This document shows, piece after piece, positions 61,246 through 64,000 of a stretch of 64,000 nt of DNA; the first letter of the stretch is position 1, and every line of letters begins with the position of its first letter. The notes under the pieces are model-generated. The model was not told where the DNA came from. It worked only from the letters and a program-made list of their open reading frames with translations, and did not search any database. Position numbers and translations under genes: made by a program. This DNA comes from an uncultured Planctomycetia bacterium. GTDB taxonomy: Bacteria; Omnitrophota; Gorgyraeia; 2-02-FULL-51-18. The stretch lies in contig CAYSKO010000004.1 of assembly GCA_964431835.1 (NCBI GenBank), forward strand, positions 7,519 to 71,518, in the 5' to 3' direction.

Positions 61246-62840
61246 GACTCCTTCGGGGCTTTCGAGGATTTGAGCTCCGCCGGCAGGATGCGTTTCACCG
61301 GCTCGCTTTTTTTCGGGGGCTTGAGGAAGTTTTCAATCTTCTGCCGGAACGGGTTCGCGCGCCGCGCCAGGTGCGGGTAAAGGGCGAAAAGGTAACGGTC
61401 GACCGGCGCGAAGGAGTCGGTCAGAACGTCGCTGGGCGCGATTTCCTTGAGCCACACGTTGAAGAGAAGCTCGTTCAGCTCCGCGTCCTTGCCGTACAGC
61501 TTCGGCTTCGCGGGGCTTTTCAGCGCCACGAGCATCACGTTCTGAATTCCCGCGGCGTCCTCGAGCCGGTCGGTCGGGTAAACCAGGACGTGCGGGAAGA
61601 CGGTCTTAAACGTCGCCACTTCGGCGCGGAGGAAACGGCCGTTCTCCCCTTCGATCGAAGAGATGAGGTTCAAGACCACGACCCCGTCGGAGGAAAGAGC
61701 CCCGTGCATCTTGCGTGCCGCCTCCACCGTAGTGAGCTGGAACGGCACCGAGCCCGATTTATACGCGTCGCCGAAGATGAGGTCGTATTCCTCCTTCGTG
61801 CGGTTCAGGTACGTGCGCGCGTCCTCGTGGATGATACGAAGGCGCGGGTCGTCGACCAGGCCGAAGTACTTGCGCGCGAGCTCGGTGATCTCGGGGTCGA
61901 TCTCGACGACGTCGATCGTGGCGGGCGCGTATTTCTTAAGATACTCCTTCGGATAAGAGTAACCCGCCCCGCCGATCATGAGCGCGTGCTTGAAGTCCGG
62001 CTTGAAATGGCGCCCCAGGTCGTAGAACTGGGTGTAGCGGTTTGCGAGCCGGTCGGTTGTCAAGTACATCGCCGAGTCGAAGCTCTCGTTGATCTGCATC
62101 ATGCGGTACGGAGAGCGGCCCTGCACGTCGTAAATCCACACGCGGTTGTAACGCGTGTTCACGTCGACGAACCCGGGGCCTTTCACGTACGCCGCGAACG
62201 AATCGGCCTGTGTGAAACCGGCGACGAGAAGCGCCGCGAGAACGAGCTTCACTCCGCGCCAGGAAAGCGGCGCCGCGAGGAAGGACGCCGCGAGGAGGAG
62301 AAAAGCCACAAAAAGGACGCACGCGACCGTGTTGAGGAACGAAAGGAGGAAAAAACCCGTGAAAAACGTGCCCGCGATGCTACCGAGCGTGGAAAGTGCC
62401 GAGAGACCGCCGACCGTCTCGCCCGAATGCTGGACCGTCGTCATTTTAAGGCGCACCGCGTACGGAAGCACCATGCCAAGGAGGACGCTCGGCACGCCGA
62501 AGAGGACGATCGTCGCCACGATCGTCCAGAGCTGCACTTGCGGTACGAAAATTTGGATCGTCACGATCGCGAATTCGTTCGTGAACGCGAGGGCTGCGGT
62601 CCACGCCGCCGCGAAAAGGATGATCCGCGAGAGAACCGCGGGTTCAGGCTTGTCGTCGGAGAGCCGTCCACCCCACCAGTAGCCGAGGCTGAGCGCGCCG
62701 AGGATGATTCCGATCAGGCTCGTCCACACGAAGATCGACGTTCCGAGATACGGCGCGAAAAGGCGGGAACCGATGAGCTCGAGGCACATCGTGGAAGCGC
62801 CGCAGATGAAGACGACGAGTTCGAGGAAGTGTTTTCTCAC
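61242..62840 (-). CDS. Fused membrane domain / spermidine synthase-like protein
   Basis: ELIGSRLFAPYLGTSIFVWTSLIG, about 7 TM helices, LMIGGAG, VEIDPEI, DAR, DLIFGDAY. Confidence 0.88.
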   Translation of the reverse strand: MRKHFLELVVFICGASTMCLELIGSRLFAPYLGTSIFVWTSLIGIILGALSLGYWWGGRLSDDKPEPAVLSRIILFAAAWTAALAFTNEFAIVTIQIFVPQVQLWTIVATIVLFGVPSVLLGMVLPYAVRLKMTTVQHSGETVGGLSALSTLGSIAGTFFTGFFLLSFLNTVACVLFVAFLLLAASFLAAPLSWRGVKLVLAALLVAGFTQADSFAAYVKGPGFVDVNTRYNRVWIYDVQGRSPYRMMQINESFDSAMYLTTDRLANRYTQFYDLGRHFKPDFKHALMIGGAGYSYPKEYLKKYAPATIDVVEIDPEITELARKYFGLVDDPRLRIIHEDARTYLNRTKEEYDLIFGDAYKSGSVPFQLTTVEAARKMHGALSSDGVVVLNLISSIEGENGRFLRAEVATFKTVFPHVLVYPTDRLEDAAGIQNVMLVALKSPAKPKLYGKDAELNELLFNVWLKEIAPSDVLTDSFAPVDRYLFALYPHLARRANPFRQKIENFLKPPKKSEPVKRILPAELKSSKAPKES

Positions 62841-62869
62841 GTGCCTATTCTAGCAGGTATAATGCCCGC
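62841..62869. promoter_or_regulatory. Bidirectional pair of -10 elements, each 6 nt from a start codon
   Basis: + TATAAT 62858-63 then ATG 62870; - TGcTAGAAT 62855-47 then GTG 62840. Confidence 0.7.
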
Positions 62870-63271
62870 ATGGCCACTCCTACGGGAACGAACCGCCCCA
62901 TCGTTTACTTCGACGGCCTGTGCGGCCTTTGCGACCGTTTCGTCTCGGGGATGATCCGCCGCGATAAGAAAGCTGTTTTTCTTTTCGCTTCCTTCCAGGG
63001 AGAGACCGCCCGCGCAAAAGGCCTGCGGCCGGGTGGCGGTTCGATCGTCCTGGAAAAAGACGGACTCTTCTTCCGCCTCTCCGGCGCCTCGCTTCGCATC
63101 CTCGCGGGCGTCGGCGGGATCCATTCCCTTTGGCTCCTCTTCCTCGCCGTCCCCGCCCCGATCCGCGATTTCTTTTACGGGCTCGTCTCGAAGAACCGGT
63201 ACAAATGGTTCGGAAAACGCGAAACGTGCCGGGCGCCGAAGCCGGAGGAGCGGGAGAGATTCCTGCCTTAG
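62870..63271 (+). CDS. DCC-family thiol-disulfide oxidoreductase (DUF393)
   Basis: FDGLCGLC, RRDK..FLFASFQ, RDFFYGLVSKNRYKWFGK. Confidence 0.92.
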   Translation: MATPTGTNRPIVYFDGLCGLCDRFVSGMIRRDKKAVFLFASFQGETARAKGLRPGGGSIVLEKDGLFFRLSGASLRILAGVGGIHSLWLLFLAVPAPIRDFFYGLVSKNRYKWFGKRETCRAPKPEERERFLP

Positions 63272-63300
63272 ATTTTCTTCGAGACCGCTGAGCTCCACCG

Positions 63301-63334
63301 AAAAAAAACGCCGCCCGTTTAAAGGGCGGCGTTT
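63301..63334. terminator. Intrinsic terminator after tRNA-Ala, probably bidirectional
   Basis: A8-CGCCGCCC-GTTTAAA-GGGCGGCG-TTT between convergent genes. Confidence 0.85.
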
Positions 63335-63339
63335 CAACT

Positions 63340-63415
63340 TGGTGGACCTGAGCGGTCTCGAACCGCTGACCTCCTCGTTGCGAACGAGGCGCTCTACCAA
63401 CTGAGCTACAGGCCC
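63340..63415 (-). tRNA. tRNA-Ala(CGC)
   Basis: GGGCCTGTAGCTCAGTTGGTAGAGC..CCTCG-TTCGCAA-CGAGG..AGGTCCACCA; G3:U70 pair. Confidence 0.96.
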
Positions 63416-63493
63416 TTGAAATATCGGGGGCGCTCCGGAAAGAGCGTCTAATATACCAAACTTCGGGAAAGGTGGGAAGTTCGAAAGCGGGGC

Positions 63494-64000
63494 TTAAAGA
63501 CCGGACAGCCGGCGGATTTCTCCGGTGGAGGAAGCGGTCGGGTAGCCCTTTTCTTCCCAGGCCTGGAGACCCTCTTCCATCGCGCGGACGTTCGTGAAGC
63601 CCTGATTCTTCAGTTTAACCAGGAGCGCGGCGCTGGCTTTGCAGTCGCGGTTGCAGTAGGCGACCAGCGGGGTGTCCTTCGGTTTCCCGGCCATTGACTG
63701 CTCGAGCGCGCGGTCGGGGTTCGGGGGAGTCTGCAGGACCTTCTCTTTGGCGAGCGCGAGGTCGCTGTAAAACCACGCGGGAAGCGGAAGCTTCGCGCCT
63801 TCAATGTGGAGCTTGTCGTAGTCGGCTTTCCCGCGGGCGTCGTAGAGTTCTAGCTTGGGGTTCGCGAGCATTTCTTTACGGAGGTCGTCGGCGGTGATGA
63901 TCTCGTCAGGCGTGAGCTCCCGCCAGGACGCGCGGGTGACAGCGTCGACTTTGGGTGCGCCGGGATGAGCCGCCGTTTCGGCAGCCGGATGCTCGCCGGC
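63494..64000 (-). CDS. Rhodanese-like domain protein (start may lie beyond the window)
   Basis: YDARGKADYDKLHIEGA, VAYCNRDCKAS, GFTNVRAMEEGLQAWEEKGYP; frame open to the window edge. Confidence 0.85.
   Translation of the reverse strand, partial: AGEHPAAETAAHPGAPKVDAVTRASWRELTPDEIITADDLRKEMLANPKLELYDARGKADYDKLHIEGAKLPLPAWFYSDLALAKEKVLQTPPNPDRALEQSMAGKPKDTPLVAYCNRDCKASAALLVKLKNQGFTNVRAMEEGLQAWEEKGYPTASSTGEIRRLSGL

Overview
High-GC diderm bacterial core-genome window, almost entirely on the - strand and densely packed with overlapping start/stop codons. Gene content and order (mcsA-mcsB-clpC together with Lnt/Lol/Bam/Lpt/Mla envelope genes, a MurC-MurB fusion, PVC-style hypothetical proteins) suggest a PVC-superphylum organism, plausibly Omnitrophota (inference). 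In transcription order (right to left): rhodanese protein, tRNA-Ala, divergent DCC/spermidine-synthase pair, rsmE, cvpA-dnaG-rpoD, tRNA-Ile2/tRNA-Val, Zn-ribbon protein-rnhA-rnpB, PDZ and HAMP proteins, a dcw cluster (mraZ...ftsQ-ftsA, no ftsZ) running straight into rib/nusB, bamD-lptE-holA, rpsT, murJ-uvrC, a hybrid kinase, frameshifted prfB, secA, lnt, lysS-lolCD-ilvE-mcsAB-clpC, an AsmA/TamB-like gene + mlaEFD, PIN/TRAM, ispDF, cysE, cysS, tmk. No mobile element, prophage or CRISPR array seen. Most notable: (1) an FtsA missing about 70 aa covering the FtsZ-tail-binding subdomain 2B, with degenerate ATP motifs, in a dcw cluster without ftsZ and with an unknown small ORF between mraZ and rsmH; (2) a head-to-head pair of ~100-nt hairpin elements with a conserved 53-nt core and independently self-complementary arms between lnt and lysS; (3) an RNase P RNA apparently lacking P13/P14; (4) apparent leaderless and bidirectional promoters. 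All calls are from reading motifs by eye; no database searches were run.
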